Assembly (NCBI GenBank): GCA_033763905.1
Contig: JANRJP010000060.1
Location: 1 to 25,393 of the forward strand
Source: Gemmatimonadaceae bacterium
Lineage (GTDB): Bacteria > Gemmatimonadota > Gemmatimonadetes > Gemmatimonadales > Gemmatimonadaceae
Reading direction: 5' to 3'
DNA: 25,393 nt
The position numbers were made by a program, and so were the translations under genes. The notes under the pieces are model-generated. The model was not told the origin of the DNA and made no database searches. It was given only the letters and a program-made list of their open reading frames with translations. Shown piece after piece: positions 24,205-25,393 of the stretch. Positions within the stretch are counted from its first letter, which is position 1, and every line of letters starts with the position of its first letter.

Positions 24205-24853
24205 CGCGCGTCGCGCGATCCGCCGCGTGGAGCGCCCACCACGCCCGCCACGTCATCACCGAGACGACGGAGAACCACAGCCCCACCAACGGGCCCGCGT
24301 CGAAGAGCCCCGCTTCGCGCGGGGGCACGGGAAAGGTCCACGCTTTCATCACGAAGTGCGGACCGACGAGCACGGGCGCGAGCAGCGACACAACGCGCCC
24401 GAAGCGCGGGTGGTACCACATCGACAGGGCCCAGCAGAAGGCGGCCGTGTCGATGAAGAAGTCCATCGTGATGTTGAGTCCGTTCTGCACGGTAAAGACC
24501 CCGGTCAGAATGCGTTGCAACTCGCCGCGTGTGGCAGCGTCGGCCGTGTCGCGAATGGCGGGACGCAGCACGGCCAGGTTGCACATCTGCACCACCGCGA
24601 AGCACATATTCACCGCGCCGCCGATGATGCCGAAGAGCGAGCCGCACTGCGCGGACAGTGGCGCGCGGCCGGCGATCAACAGCGGCGTGAGTCCGTAGAA
24701 GGCCAGCACGAGCGCCGGGCCGAAGAGCGCGTAGCACGCCGTCGCGATCGGCTCAGGGAGCTCCCACAGCGATCGCGCCAGGTACATCGCAATGCCGGCG
24801 GAGCCAGCGATGGCGCTGAGCAACGTGGAATGGCGGAGCGGAACAGACGTCAC
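24182..24853 (-). CDS. Hypothetical multi-pass membrane protein
   Basis: About 6 hydrophobic segments; convergent 23-nt overlap with the Tat protein gene. Confidence 0.65.
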   Translation of the reverse strand: MTSVPLRHSTLLSAIAGSAGIAMYLARSLWELPEPIATACYALFGPALVLAFYGLTPLLIAGRAPLSAQCGSLFGIIGGAVNMCFAVVQMCNLAVLRPAIRDTADAATRGELQRILTGVFTVQNGLNITMDFFIDTAAFCWALSMWYHPRFGRVVSLLAPVLVGPHFVMKAWTFPVPPREAGLFDAGPLVGLWFSVVSVMTWRAWWALHAADRATRATPHSQT

Positions 24854-25026
24854 GGCGGGACTCGGCTGGGGGTCGCGCAGTGTGACAGCTGGACCGTGGT
24901 TGCGATGCCTCGCCGGGGATCACCCGTGCGACCGGCGGGGTGAGTGGTGATGGCAGGGCCCGCCAGGAGGTACCGTGCGGTGTCCGCCCGTGCGACCGCT
25001 CGCGACCCTGACCCGAGGTGCCTCCG

Positions 25027-25393
25027 ATGATTGTCCGAACCCTGACGTCCGACGACGTCGCCACGATGCGACGCGCCCTCGTGCTCTTCGGCGAGGCCTT
25101 CGAGGACCGCGCGACCTACACCGGCCGCCCGCCGTCGGACGACTACCTGCGCCAACTGCTCGAGAGGCCAACGTTCATCGCCGTGGTGGCGTGTGATGGC
25201 GATCGCGTCGTCGGTGCCATCGGCGCCTACGTGCTGCCCAAGTTCGAGCAGGCGCGATCCGAGATCTACCTGTATGATCTCGCCGTCGATGCGGCGTATC
25301 GACGACGGGGCATCGCCACCGCGATGATTCGCGAACTGCAGCGCGTCGGCGAGTCGCGGGGCGCCTGGGTGGTGTTCGTGCAGGCCGATCCCG
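25027..25393 (+). CDS. aac(3)-I: AAC(3)-I family aminoglycoside 3-N-acetyltransferase, 3'-truncated by the window edge
   Basis: Hand translation: MIVRTLTSDDVATMRRALVLFGEAFEDRATYTGRPPSDDYLRQLLERPTFIAVVACDGDRVVGAIGAYVLPKFEQARSEIYLYDLAVDAAYRRRGIATAMIRELQRVGESRGAWVVFVQADP. AYVLPKFEQ.RSEIY.YDLAV and VQAD are AAC(3)-I signatures. RBS GAGGTG at 25015-25020. Confidence 0.88.
   Translation, partial: MIVRTLTSDDVATMRRALVLFGEAFEDRATYTGRPPSDDYLRQLLERPTFIAVVACDGDRVVGAIGAYVLPKFEQARSEIYLYDLAVDAAYRRRGIATAMIRELQRVGESRGAWVVFVQADP

Overview
High-GC, gene-dense bacterial window. Style and gene content (e.g. a PilB/GspE ATPase fused to a receiver domain) suggest Gemmatimonadota, but that is an inference. The centrepiece is a translationally coupled seven-gene operon (8078-17238): class I HMG-CoA reductase-like, UbiA-like membrane enzyme, rifampin-phosphotransferase/PigC-type PEP-utilising kinase, BtaA/DUF3419 SAM-dependent transferase, phytol/dolichol-kinase-like membrane kinase, tandem GNAT, and OleC-like AMP-ligase. 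I cannot match it to any characterised pathway, and it looks like an orphan lipid or secondary-metabolite cluster. Left of it lie a sugar-dehydrogenase-like propeller gene (5'-truncated), a lipoprotein, an Xre/MbcA-RES toxin-antitoxin module with a clear promoter and operators, a gamma-glutamyltransferase, and DoxX, DsrE-like and FG-GAP/ASPIC-UnbV genes. Right of it lie two VOC genes, two exported hypotheticals, the PilB/GspE-REC fusion, a Tat-exported DsrE-like protein, a membrane protein, and a 3'-truncated AAC(3)-I aminoglycoside acetyltransferase missing from the ORF track. I recognised no rRNA, tRNA, CRISPR array, transposase or integrase. All family calls come from motif recognition by eye, not from database searches.
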